Positions 50,748 through 63,000 of a stretch of DNA of 64,000 nt are shown here, piece after piece. A program made the position numbers and the translations under genes. The DNA is from Lingula anatina (lineage: Eukaryota > Animalia > Brachiopoda). Each line of letters starts with the position of its first letter. The stretch's first letter is position 1. The notes beneath the pieces were generated by a model that saw only the letters and a program-made list of their open reading frames with translations, did not search any database and was not told the origin of the DNA. The stretch is from NCBI GenBank assembly GCA_051362555.1, contig CM120641.1:39376401-39440400 (forward strand). The letters run 5' to 3'.

Positions 50748-52669
50748 GTAGGGGATGCCTGGTTCATTATGATTCTTGTCAAATGCTCAGCATGGCACTG
50801 CTACCATTTTACAAGTCCAAGTTCCTTCCACTTTGTATGTATCCAACAAATGTTTCCTCCAATATTGTGCTTATGAACTATATTTATCAGTTGTAGTCAC
50901 TTCTGTTGGTTAAGTCAGTAACCTTGATTTTTACATTTGGTCATAACTTAGTAGATCACTGTTCATTCCATCCTTCAAACATGCAATAATTGCATTTTCA
51001 AAACAATTAGGTTCATAAAATGGATTTAACAGTCAAAATGTGCTGCATTTGTAATCAGTCTCATATTCTCCCACCAATAAGAACTACACTTTGAACACTA
51101 GTTGCTTCACTACAGGCAGCGCATGGCACATCTTAGTAACAGCTGTCATCCTTGCAGCATTCTAACTCGTGAAATATTGATTTTAGGAGGGAAAAATATA
51201 GTAATGACTGCTGCTGCTGTCAGTATCTGATACTTCTGTTACTTTTAAACATTAAAAGACAAGATAAGTATCTGGTGTTGAAGATACTTCATGTACAAAA
51301 GCATCATCTCATAATTATCTGGGGAACTAAAATTATTTTAACAACCATGAACTTTTAATTTTCTTAAACTTGAAAACTCATTTTACTTTGTTGGGGATAC
51401 TTTGTTCAATATATATTTAATCTGACACATACAGTTGTTTTTATGCCGTGAACCATTTGCAAAAATCTCTTGCATGATGGCAGCATTGTCAAACAGTTTG
51501 CTGATTTGAAGGATTTCTCTCCTCATAGCCATTAAATACCAGTAGATAGTGGGCAAAAAGTTCCAGGAAACAAATTCATGATGTGAAATCCTCAGTTAAT
51601 TTACTCTTTTTCTACACTAGTAGTACAATCACTTTAGAAGGGTAAGATGTCTTTCTGATGAAGTACAGTGAATAAAAATTGGTCAGTCTTGAAGCATATT
51701 CATGGAGCTTTAAAAAACAGACCAGAAAGCCTTCTCGTGTCATTTTTATTCTATAGACAAAATAAAAAAAAAAGAAATTATGATGTTTACATCATATTTC
51801 ATCATGAAAATATTTTGTGTGTGTAAAATCATTAAAGCAACATTTCAAACATTTCTAATGTTTACTCTTTAAGTCTTTACAGTTCCTCGTACACTGGCAT
51901 ATCTGGTGATCAGCATGGGTTGACAAAACTAGCAACACATTTAGCTCATGTGACAGAAGTTACAATACCATATTACTCAATGCAAAATATGAGCTATCTT
52001 TTCTTTTATCTTAATTAAAGATACATATCAAGCAAGCAGGTATGTCAAATTATTGCTACAAATCCAATCAAGTACCACCATATAGTTTCAATTAATAACA
52101 CATAAGTTGACTTAACTTATGTGTATATGCCACAAAAGCTTTGTTACATAATTCCCCCCTCCCCCACACACAAAAAAAGAAAATTCTGCAGGCCAAGAGG
52201 ATTTTTTTTGAGGGGGAGGGGGGCATGTGGATTATATTTGTGCTTTGTTAGAAATTTGCTTTAATATAAATTTGTTTCATGTCATTTACTCTTGCTTAAT
52301 AAGTATCTTTAACCAATAAGTGAATATACTAGGGGGGAAGAGTTTGAAAATTCTATTATATGTTACCAGCTGTTAATGACAAAATTAAAATATAAAGTAT
52401 ACTAGACAAAATTTCTCAAGTCACGTCATTACAGTGATCTTGTCCCCATCAACCAGTTTTTTTCTAAATGTTAGCTTTGGCAAGATTGATTGTTGCCTGT
52501 TATTTTAGTTCATTGATAAGAAAAGAAAGAGTAACAGTGAGATTAAATGAAAGAAAAAGGAATCAGAGGAGTGTTATAAGCTTCAGACAATCTCTTTAAG
52601 TACGGAAGAGCACAAAAGGCCACAACAGGAAAACTTGAAGAATTCCCTTAGTCTCTTAGCCCCGCAATA

Positions 52670-52693
52670 TGTGTGTGTGTGTGTGTGTGTGTG
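52670..52693. repeat. (TG)12 microsatellite followed by a G run
   Basis: Direct reading. Confidence 0.95.
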
Positions 52694-52973
52694 AAGGGGG
52701 GGGGGGGGGTCATCCCTCCCATAATGAAGCTAAGCAGGCATCCAACAAAAAGGAGGAGGCCCAGGGTGTGCTTCATTTTTGTTGACAGGTAAAAAGACAA
52801 CCAAAGTTACTATTAATGGTGAGTAACCAGTGTATTAAAACAACAGCTAAAACCAGTAAAGGCACTAATATTATGATCAGAAGCCAGCAAATGCCGTACT
52901 ACTACCAGGGGACTGGGTTCCAATGAGGAATCTCTCAGAACATGAAAGACTTGGGAAGTTATTGTCACATTTT

Positions 52974-53500
52974 CAGTCTTCTGCAAGATTCTCGCCAAAA
53001 AAATGAAATTCTCGCATAAAACTACCAAAGGTGCACAAATTCTCGCATTAAAATTACAATCGGAAAAGGTTTAAAAGAAATGGTTATTACGACGTATTGA
53101 TTATTACGGTGATCACTGTGTGATGCAGATGTTCTTTGACTTTATTGTCAGTGTAAAATGATCCGAGATTGTGTGACATGTGGTCGCATTAACGGCGGGC
53201 GATTTCATTGGTTCACTCTCATTTCGCGGGACAGTATGAACCAATGAGAGACTGTTTTGACTGCAGCCTGTTGAAGCGTGACTGTCAAACATGGCAGCTC
53301 CCTCGGCACCAAAGAAGGCTAAGAAACAGAGATCGATTTTAAGCTTTATGCCGAAGTCTACTGCAAGCAGTGAAAAATCAGATCAGACTCGCCTGGATGA
53401 GTGACTGCTTATTTTGCCAACTACTAGGTAACGACATCACCTGCGACGCTTCAACAGCAAGAGTGAGACAATTTGTGGTAGACTACATCTCAATTCTCAG
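52974..53500 (+). mobile_element. Probable left end, promoter and transposase N-terminus of a hAT-like element
   Basis: CAG start, three subterminal ATTCTCGC motifs (52988, 53008, 53039), CpG-rich promoter, AAACATGG start at 53291 encoding MAAPSAPKKAKKQRSILSFMPK (NLS plus PIP-box-like), truncated by TGA at 53402-53404. Confidence 0.5.
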
Positions 53501-54602
53501 GCAGTGGGCCTCACAGGTCAAGGTAGTATTTGCGGGCCAACTGATACCAATGCCCAACTCTTCAATGCCCACCAACAGGATAAGAACCCCAGCCCAGGAG
53601 GTGCAATAGAGACAGCACTTCAAAGTGGCCAACCACCTCCTTCAGTGGTTGCTCCACCAGGAGGAAAATATCCACTTTTGGAAGATAAAGGGTGCATATG
53701 AGGCTGCATCCGCCACGTTGTGCGATGATAGCACCCATTTCAACAGTTATGGACATAAATGATTCTGGAGGAATCTAAAATCAGCAGCCAGCACAATGGC
53801 AAATTAAATAGTGGGTTGACTTGCTCAATATTCTAACAGCATGTTAATTGTGCCTGTTTTTAAATCATTACGTAAAGCATGTTTCTTCCTCTTCCAGCCC
53901 ATTCAGTATTACTGTGGTGGGCGGGACCACTGCCAAAAGGCTAAACCTGCCAGTTAGGAGTCGTTACTTACAAACATTCTTTCCTTTTCTTTTGGAATCA
54001 AGAAAAAGAATGAACCCTCCGGAACTTCCACCGGTGGGACCTCAAATGGGCCCCTTCATGAGATTACTTCTGGGAGATCAAGCAGGCCCCAGCCACAGCC
54101 AAACAGGGGGCCAACTGACACAGGCCGTAGGCATGACTACCACCCAGGCAAGCGCTCAAGCCGTCCCATTTGGACCTCACACACTCCCACAGCACCAACA
54201 GCCAGGCCCTCTTCCCACTCAAGGGGCAGCTGCAGGGAGCACCATGGCCGCAGACATGGCCGTGACTCTAGGTGGTACAGGGGGGCAGCCCCCTCACACT
54301 GGAGCAATGCATTCAGCAGACACACGCAGCAGACATCATGGGAGTAACAGGGGGCAGCCTCCTTCCACTGGGATAGACCAACATCCTCCCATGTTGAATG
54401 TGGAAACAACAGGGGAGCAGCCTCCTTCTGTGGGAAAACCTCAACAGTTCCTAGCCCTTGGTATGGAAGCAACAGGGGGTTAACATCTGTTTGCCGGGAC
54501 GGCCCAGCAGCCCAAAGCAATGCCAGGTGTGGGGTGGGGGCAACCTCCTCACTTAGGGGCTCCTCAACAGATGGTGCCCACAGGAATGGGCATGGTAGGG
54601 GG
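53500..54602 (+). other. GC-rich degenerate Pro/Gly/Gln-rich coding-like sequence with repeated GQPP units, probably of transposon origin
   Basis: Track ORF 53848..54483 and neighbours; GGGG(C/A)GCAGCC-type repeats near 54280, 54350, 54412 and 54537; embedded among TE fragments. Confidence 0.35.
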
Positions 54603-54849
54603 CAATTAGTTTTTGGACACCAAGTCAGAGGTCCTTTGACCCTGTTGAGTGAACAGTGGTCTGCCATAGAGACTCATCTCAGTCTGTTAGATTAAGTTGT
54701 GAAGTTTAAAGAAAGATTGCAAAGGGCTTATGCACTTGCTTGAGGAAACCTTGAGTTTGCACAAAGTAAAATGAAATTCTGGTATGATTGTAAGACCAGA
54801 CAAAGAGTTTTCAAGCCAGGAGATAAGGTACTGGTGTTATTTCCCCTGC
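54603..54849 (+). mobile_element. Gypsy/Ty3 integrase C-terminal fragment (5' part)
   Basis: QLVFGHQVRGPLTLLSEQW...KERLQRAYALA*GNLEFAQSKMKFWYD...FKPGDKVLVLFPL, with two in-frame stops. Confidence 0.88.
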
Positions 54850-55411
54850 GGTTCCGGTCATGGGAGAGGCTCATGAACGAGGTCCTCTACATTTTCTTCT
54901 TTATTGAAAGGACTCTACCTTGACAGCTTAGTAGCATGAGGTATGATGAAAATTATAGTTACGCCCGCATACCATGGTAAAGAAAAACAACAAAAGGAAA
55001 AACAAAGAAAAGAATATCAGTGGAGAAAGCGTCAACAAGATACAGGTGACAACGAATCACTCGACGCCAATACCACGTGTGAGCTCAACAACGAGCCAAG
55101 CACCGCAGCCACAAGGGTTTTTGCAGTTTTCTCCCCAGGGACAATTCCCGGGATATGTCTCACCAGTGCCCCAACCAGGAGACTTGTATGGATTGATTGG
55201 AAATCTTACTAGAAAGGTTGACGAGGTAAATGCACGACTGGAAAAGCTAGACGTAATAGACCGCCGGCTGATTTACATGGAGAATGCGATGGAGACCATG
55301 AAAAACGAGATGAAAGGTATGAAAGATAAGGTCGGGGAAATCGAAGATGGACTCAGTGCTTTGAACACAATATCAGAAACCAACCGAATTGAACTGAAAG
55401 AGATGCAGAAA

Positions 55412-57398
55412 AATATGACAAGGCAGCAAAGCTGTCAAATGTACAGACAAAAAACAGGAAATAACTATGCACAAAATAGGCTACTGTCAATTCTGATGCA
55501 AAAATACATTATGTTAAACTGCAAATTCAACATCAAATTTTAATTATCCTCAACAATTAATACCAATGTAATTAAAATATGTGACAAGTTTACATTTTGA
55601 AAATGTATAACTTCCAGAAAAAGAAGTTCCTTAGACTGCTTTTCCAACTCAGACTGCATTTTAGTCCTGTATTTCTTTTTTGAAAGTTTGGCAATCATAA
55701 GTAACATGGTTTTCCCATAATGGTCATCATGGCAGCAGCACCCAAAATTGTGTTTTCTTCTATTTTGATGCCATATTACATAATGGTTAACAGAATAATG
55801 ACCGTCAATTTTTAATAATAAAATATACGTATCATGGATTTTCAGAAAATGTGACTAGCATGGGTCTTCAAGCCCGTGGAACTTCAAAGTCACACCTTGA
55901 AAATGCCAATATGTGAAAAATTAAATTTTCACAAAATAACTGTTTAACTGGCAGCAAGAATTACCAAACAGACTGTATTTCCTACTGAAGCTGTATTTTA
56001 GTCCCATGTTACTTTCCTGTAAGTTTGAGAACAGTAAATGACATGGTTTTTCTTAAATGGTCATCATGGGAGCAGTGCCCAAAATAGTTTTTTTTTTTCA
56101 AATTTTGATGCAATATTACATAATGTTTAACAGCATAATGACCATCAACTTTAATAATAAAATATTAATATTATGGATATTCAGAAAATGTGACTAGCAA
56201 AGGTCTTCAGGCCCATGGAACTTCAAAGTCACACCTTAAAAATGCCAAAATGTAAACAAGACTGCACTGTTCTGAAATGGGTTTATTTCCATTTTTAACA
56301 ATTTTTAACATAAAACAAAATTAACAGTTTTCTGCCGTTTTTATATGATAAACTAAGAAAATTGATGAGATGGGAAAAATATCAATAGAACAGTGTTAAA
56401 TGTCCAATTTCTTCCATTCTGAGATTCTGAACATAGTGAATGATTGAATCCGACAAACTGCAATGATATGAGTTTATTTCCATTTTTGACACTTTATTAC
56501 ACAATACACGATAACAAGTTTACCATCATTTTTACATAATCAACTAACAATGTTGTAAAGATGCAGGAAATGTCAAACAAACACTTTTACGTATCTTATT
56601 ACTTAAATAATAAGGCTATTAACATGCCTAAGAATTAAATCTGAGGAAATCTGAGGAAATGTGAAAAAACAGCATAACTTCTAAAATAATGCCCCGATTA
56701 TGCTGATTTTCGAACTCAACCTGCGTTTTAGTAAACACGATAAGTGGAGGGCAGTTTTACTTTTTGGCATAATATTTACAGAGCTGATGAATATTCATAA
56801 AACGCAGGTCAAGTTCGAAAATCAGCATGATCGGGCCATTATTGTATAAGTTATGCTGTTTTTTCACTTTTCAGCAAATATGCAACCCTGTAAACATTTT
56901 GTGCATAGTTATTTCCTGTTTTTTGTCTGTACATTTGACAGCTTTGCTGCCTTGTCTTATATTGTGTTTACAGTGTTGCATATATGCTGAACAATGAAAA
57001 AAACACATAACTACTAAAATAGTGGCCCGATCATGCTGATTTTCGAACTTGACCTGCGTTTTAGTAAGATTGATTACTCCTGTGAGTTTCATGACAACAG
57101 GCCTAACGGTTTTCCTTAAAATGTGTTTACAAGGTTGCATATATGCTGAAAAGTGAAAAAACAGCATAACTTCTACAATAATGGCCCGATCATGCTGATT
57201 TTCGAACTTGACCTGCGTTTTATGAATATTCATCAGCTCTGTAAATATAAAGCCAAAAAGTAAAACTGCCTTCCACTTATCGTGTTTACAAGGAAAGTGC
57301 ACGGCGACGGCATCGGCATCGGCATCGCCATCGGCGACGGCGACGACAGACGCAGGTGATGGCAATATGTACAGACACATCTGTGTCTGTACATAAAA
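55412..57398 (-). mobile_element. Helentron-associated non-autonomous element (HINE / DINE-1 / pearl-like)
   Basis: Read on the minus strand: T-run start, subTIR ATGTACAGACA plus adjacent inverted copy, (GCCGAT/GCCGTC)n microsatellite, ~159-bp internal repeats, 3' subTIR TGTCTGTACAT, GACAGC-TTT-GCTGCC hairpin and CTTGT near the end; inserted in a T run without TSD. Confidence 0.85.
55650..56253. repeat. ~338-bp-period diverged duplication inside the HINE
   Basis: CATGGTTTT at 55705/56042 and TCAGAAAATGTGACTAGCA at 55842/56181. Confidence 0.9.
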
Positions 57399-58036
57399 AT
57401 GCTTGAAAGGGACGAGGCAAAAACTACGAAAGTTATCGACGCAGTACAAGATAACCTTACACACTTGAAAAACGAAATCGTAACACTGAAGGAAAAACAA
57501 GTAGACCTACAGGCCCGAAGCATGCGCGATAACCTTATTTCATGGGGATTGATGAAACAGATGAGGAAGACACAGAAACCATACTGGTCGATTTTTTGGA
57601 AAATAAAATGAAGGTGGAACACATGCCAGCTTTCCATAGAGTACATAGAATGGGGAAAAAGACGCCAGGTAAACCACGCCCAATTATAGCTAAATTTGCC
57701 AACTTTAAAGTAAGAGACAACATTAAGAGAAGAGCGGTGACACTCAAAGGTATAGAAAACAATAAATATGGGATAAATGAACAATACCCCCAGGAAATTA
57801 ATGAGAAAAGAAAGATGCTCTATCCCTTTTATAAGTCAGCAAAGAGACAACAAAAGAAAGCGGTAATGGTTTATGATAAACTGTATATCAACAACGTGCT
57901 ATTTGTGCCCGACTCTGAACAACCGGCGAAACGAACCCAGGAAACCCCACGCTCCACACCGGGATCGGTACATGGAACATAGGACAACCATGAAGGCACC
58001 AATATCCAATATGAACTTGATAATCTGAGAACAAAT

Positions 58037-60444
58037 ATGTTATATCCTAATGACCCCCCAAGAGAAGGTAACAGCACTAGTAACAGTACAAATCTAGACT
58101 ATGACATAACAGAGGATCTTAAACTTTTTTATTTAAATCTATGTGGGCTAAGCAGGAGATTGCAATACCCAGACTTTAGAGAACTAATTGAAAAATATGA
58201 TATAGTATGTTTTACAGAATCAAAAACTGATGAACAAGACAATATTGATTTGCCAAACTTTACATTCTTTGCTAAACATAGAAAAGCATTTTCAAACTAT
58301 CGTTCAGGTGGAATAGTTCTTGGGTGTAAAAATCAATTAGCTAGTTTTATAGAACCACTTGAAACTGACTCAGAATACATTCAATGGTTCAAAATTGATG
58401 GATCATGTTTAGACTTTAATGATGACTGTATTCTAGGTGTTGTTTATATACCCCCTGAGAAGTCTAACTACAGCTCACCAGATGCATTTAATGAAATTGA
58501 AAGAGAATATCTTGTCAAAAGCTTTACATACGATAAAAAATTTGTTTAATAGGAGATTTTAATGCTCGAATAGGAACAAATGATGATTTCTGGGCCACAG
58601 ATGAAGTAACTAGTCATGAACTTAATACAGGTGACCCAGACATTGACAGATTAAATGATATTGCTAAACTTGATGAACTGAACATTCCTAGAAAAAGGCA
58701 GTCAAATGATGCCAAGAAAAATAATTACGGATATTACTTACTAAATCTATGTAAATCAAATAATCTTTTTGTGCTAAATGGTAGACTAGAGAAAGGCAAG
58801 TTTACCACAATTAGGTCAAGTGTTGTAGATTATTGCATAGGAACACCAGAATTTATAAGGGGTGTAGTTGACTTTGAAATATTAGATTTTTCTAAACTTT
58901 TCTCTGATATACATTTACCATTGTCTTGTTCACTCAAAAGCGGTCAGCACAAACAACAAACAGATAAAGTTAAGAAAACAACAGACCTTTTTATTGAAAA
59001 AATCAAAGCATGGGACAACACCAGATCAACCCTATTTTGTGATAATATTGATAAACAAGAAAGTGACAAAATTTTGCAATACATTGGTAATCTTAACATA
59101 AATGATGTCTGTAAGGAGAAAATAAACTTTATCACAGAAAAAATTGCTGAAATTTTGCTTAACTCAGCTAAATTAGCGCTAGGGACATACAAGTATAGAA
59201 TTAGTAACAAAAATGAAATTCTTAAGAAAAGGAAAAATAATGTATGGTTTGACAAAAAATGTTTAGAAACTAAAAAACAATATAGAAGAGCAAAAAGGTT
59301 ATACAATAAGTACGGGTCAAATATTTTCAAAAGTGAACTTACAAAAGCAGAAAAGTGCTACAAGACCACACTAGATAATAGAATAAAAAAGCATAGAATA
59401 ACTATTATGAACAAAATAAGGAAACTCAGGTATGCAAGTCCAAAGGAATATTGGAAAATATTAAACAAAAAATCTGAACAAAGACTGGAAATAAAAAACC
59501 TAGACGAGTTTTACAATTAAAGCTATGCAACTAAAGCTATGTATGGGATATTTAAGAAAGCAAGGCATCTAAATCTAAGCATTGTTGATCAGCTATATCT
59601 CTTTGATAAGATTATTGTTCCGATTTTATTATATGGATGTGAAGTATGGGGATTTGGTAATTTAGAAATCATAGAACAGGTGCACTTGAAATTTTGTAGA
59701 TATCTATTAAATCTAAAAACCAGCACTCCCAAGATAATGATATATGGGGAATTAGGTAGAATGCCATTAAGTATTATTATTATAAAAGGAAGAATTGTAT
59801 CATTCTGGACAAACTTGCTCACAGGTAAACAAAGTAAATTTTCATATATATTGTATAAACTCGTTTATAACAAATTTATGCAGGGATGTGAATGTAAGTG
59901 GATGGGAAATCTGAAATCCATTCTGGATAACTGTGGTTTAAGTAATATATTTAGCACACAGGATGTCTGTAACAAGGAATGGCTTATAAATTGTGTTAAA
60001 CAGAAATTGCAGGATCAGTATATACAAGAATGGAATTCAGATTGTAACAACTCTAGTAAAGGGTAAAGCTATAGTATTTTCACAAACTCAGAGTTTAAAT
60101 GCAGGAATTATATACTTTCTACATTATGTACACACAAAATAATTACAATAGCTAGATTCAGAACAACAAATCATAGATTACCAATTGAAATGGGCAGATG
60201 GAAAAAAATACCTAGAAATTTGAGATTATGCAACTTGTGTAAAAATGAAATAGGGGATGAATTTCATTATGTCTTTAGATGTACCTTTTTTGCAGAAAGT
60301 CGAAACTTATATATTCCAAAAAAAGCATGTATTAGACCGAATGTAATTAAAATGTATGAAATATTTTCAACGAAAAATAAGAAAAAACTGAATAATTTGT
60401 ACAAATTCATTAGTATTGTGAATAAGGGGGTCAAACCTTCAGGT

Positions 60445-60447
<3 letters not shown>
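58037..60447 (+). pseudogene. LINE ORF2 remnant: APE endonuclease plus C-terminal region, no RT
   Basis: YLNLCGL, YDIVCFTES, GVVYIPP, GDFNAR, SVVDY, FSDIHLP; then LFDKIIVPILLYGCEVWG, YGELGR, FRTTNHRLPIE, CNLC, GDEFHYVFRC. Frameshift near 58500-58545; stops at 59518 and 60064. Confidence 0.88.

Positions 60448-60449
<2 letters not shown>

Positions 60450-60480
<31 letters not shown>
60450..60480. repeat. (TA)n microsatellite in the LINE 3' UTR
   Basis: Direct reading. Confidence 0.95.
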
Positions 60481-60482
<2 letters not shown>

Positions 60483-60541
60483 TCTCTAAACTGTAAATGT
60501 ACAGTAAATGAGAATAAACTATTTCTGATTTCTGATTTCTG

Positions 60542-60592
60542 AACAGAATCCATTGCAGGCTAGATTCCATGGACCCTACAAGATCCAGTGCA
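60542..60592 (+). mobile_element. Gypsy integrase fragment (3' part, GPY/F motif)
   Basis: QNPLQARFHGPYKI continues the frame broken at 54849. Confidence 0.8.
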
Positions 60593-60839
60593 GATACAGT
60601 GGCAGCTGTGAATAGTCCAAATAGAGGCAATGTAATTACTTCAGACTGCATTTATCTAGACCTTTTCTACGTCTGTGCATACTTACGGTAGATCACGCTG
60701 GGAAATAGGATAAAATCTTTTAGATGATGAAATGTCGCATGCGGGTGAAATACCCAGAGATGATAGAATATCAGTGATTTTCACAGGCTGACAAAACAAG
60801 TAAAGATAAATCTGTGGGATGCGGGGAAATCCGCCACTA

Positions 60840-61800
60840 ATGCCCAGATAGGACCGATATGCAAAAGTTTAGAGGAAATGGAGATGAAGATGTAGAGAGA
60901 TGGCTGACTCATTTTAGAAACTGTCAGTTATAAAGAGCTAGAAGGGGAGCAACTAACTTCCATTTTTCCTCTCTTGCTAAAGCAGTCAGCGCTAGATTGG
61001 TATGAATCTTTGCCAGCTAGAGTACAGAAAGACTGGGAATCCCTTGAGGGCGAGTTGTGGCAACAATATCAGTTGAGAGATGGGGAAACTTGGGCGAAGG
61101 CGTCAGAGTTTTTCCGAAGACATCAACAGCAAGATGAACCAGTGCAGAATTATAAAGCGCCCAGGTGGCATGATGCGAAACGTGCTCAGTTAGATGAGGG
61201 TACGGCTCTAACCGTAGTAATACAGTAAATGGGTCAGTCCCAGAAATAAGACCATTTGTGGTGCAAAGGGAACCCACCGATTTCGACTCGTTGATGCATC
61301 ATGCCCAAATTGCAGAAATTGCAGTCCAACCTACAAGAAAAAGTCAACAGTCCGACATCAAAATGATTACAGAAAAAATCGACGCTCTAAAAAGTTCCAT
61401 CAGTGACGCCATCCTGCCCAGTACAAATGTTACAGAACCCGAGACAGGTCACGAATGTTGGAAACATCACGCCTCCAAGGGCAAGCCCATCGACTTCGAT
61501 AAGAAGGTTTGGTACCAACGGCATCATCCAACTCAACTTACCACCACGACGCCTAGGGTATAATACACTACCAACAAGTTGTCCGAAAAACCCACAGCAA
61601 CAAAGCCCAATGAAGAAATGGCCCTATCATAGGGCTTTTATTATACAGATTTTAGCACCACTGTATGACTGGAAAGAAATTCTAATGGGGGGAGGAGCAG
61701 GAAGCGTCTTTTACTTGCTTAAAAGAAGCGCTGACTTCACCCATAGTTATTGCAGTTCTAATGGAGACTGACACGTTCATACTGGATACGGGCTCAGAGG
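60840..61800 (+). mobile_element. Degenerate Gypsy-type gag capsid and aspartic protease remnant
   Basis: KFRGNGDEDVERWL, LLLKQSALDWYESLP...DWESLE, RHQQQDEPVQNY, PEIRPFVVQREP across frameshifts; FILDTGSE at 61776-61799. Confidence 0.75.
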
Positions 61801-62313
61801 AATTGGGCCATGTTTGAAGATGTGGATGATGTGGTGGCATAGGTGCCTCTGGGAGTTAATAGCCAAAAGGGCACAAGGGGCAACCCTGGGTGAAGATTAC
61901 TCATCTGACCAGATTAGCAACAATGGCAAGACAGTCTATGCTGTAATGGACTCAAAAAGAGAGTATAATGAACAAACTGAACAAACCTTACTACACTGGC
62001 TATTCTATTCAAACAATATCTACCAATGTCACTGACATGTTTTTATCATATGTGATGTCATATCCCTATTTGTCCAGGAGAACAATGTTCAAAAGTACCC
62101 TGTACTTGTCAAAAGTATAGAAACTTTTGAAGCAACAAAAAGCGATTAAACCATATTACACTGGCTATACAATTCACACAATATCTGTCAATGTCGCTGA
62201 CATGTTTTTAGCAGATGGGACGTCATATCCCTATTTGTCCAGGAGAACAATGTTCAGAAGCACCCTGTACTTGTCAAGAGTAAAGAAAATTTGAAGCAAC
62301 AAAAGGTGATTAA

Positions 62314-62571
62314 GGCTTCATTCACATGCAATGTCTATTTTCTAAATTCTATTTTCTATTCGCGGTATGTCTTATGATCACGGTCTGTGCCCTGAATATC
62401 CCACGGCGTAATTACTGGCAGCGCGAGCCAGTTACTATAAGTTACTATAAGTAACTGGCTCGCGCTGCCAGTAATTACGCGGCGGGATATTCAGGGCACA
62501 GAGCGTGATCATAAGATACTGCGAATAGAAAATAGATTTTTAGAAAATAGACATTCCATGTGAATGAAGCC
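62314..62571. mobile_element. PIF/Harbinger (Tourist-like) fold-back MITE, 258 bp
   Basis: TAA duplicated relative to the satellite consensus GATTAAACC; GGC...GCC termini; arms complementary almost to the centre. Confidence 0.9.
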
Positions 62572-63000
62572 TAAACCATATTACACTTGCTATAAAATTC
62601 ACACAATATCTGCCAATGTCACTGACATGTTTTTAGCAGATGGCATGTCATATCCCTATTTGTCCAGGAGAACAATGTGCAAAAGCATCCTTTGTTACTT
62701 GTCAGTAATAAAGAAACTTTTGAAGCATATCCCTATTTGTCCAGGAGAACAATGTGCAAAAGCATCCTTTGTTACTTGTCAGTAATAAAGAAACTTTTGA
62801 AGCAAGAAAAGGCGATTAAACCGTACTACACCGGCTATTCTATGCAAATAATATCTGCCAAAGTGACTGACATGTTTTTATCATATGTGATGTCATATCC
62901 CTATTTGTCAAGGAAAACAATGTTCAAAAGCACACTGTGTTACTTGTCAGTAATAAAGACATTTTGTAACCTGATTGTGACAGTATTGCTTATTTTGCAG

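Larger units (their letters stand above)
54974..57982 (+). pseudogene. LINE ORF1 (coiled coil plus L1-type RRM/CTD), split by the HINE at 55412-57398 and frameshifted near 57541
   Basis: Coiled coil, then ARSMRDNLI/GIDE, FHRVHRMG, PRPIIAKF, YGINEQYPQEI, DKLYIN. Removing the insert gives in-frame KEMQK-MLERDE. Confidence 0.88.
54850..60541 (+). mobile_element. CR1-group LINE with both ends present and the RT domain deleted
   Basis: 5' GGTTCCGG end, ORF1, APE endonuclease, post-RT C-terminus with a CxxC...H...C motif, 3' stem-loop (ACTGTA...TACAGT), AATAAA at 60513 and an (ATTTCTG)3 tail at 60521-60541; no TSD. Confidence 0.88.

Noticed and set aside
56871-57500. 209-aa minus-strand ORF with internal peptide repeats
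   Set aside because: Translation of HINE tandem repeats and microsatellite plus antisense LINE ORF1.
60600-60840. Possible LTR and primer-binding site before the gag remnant
   Set aside because: No second LTR copy, TG...CA pair or convincing tRNA-complementary PBS found.
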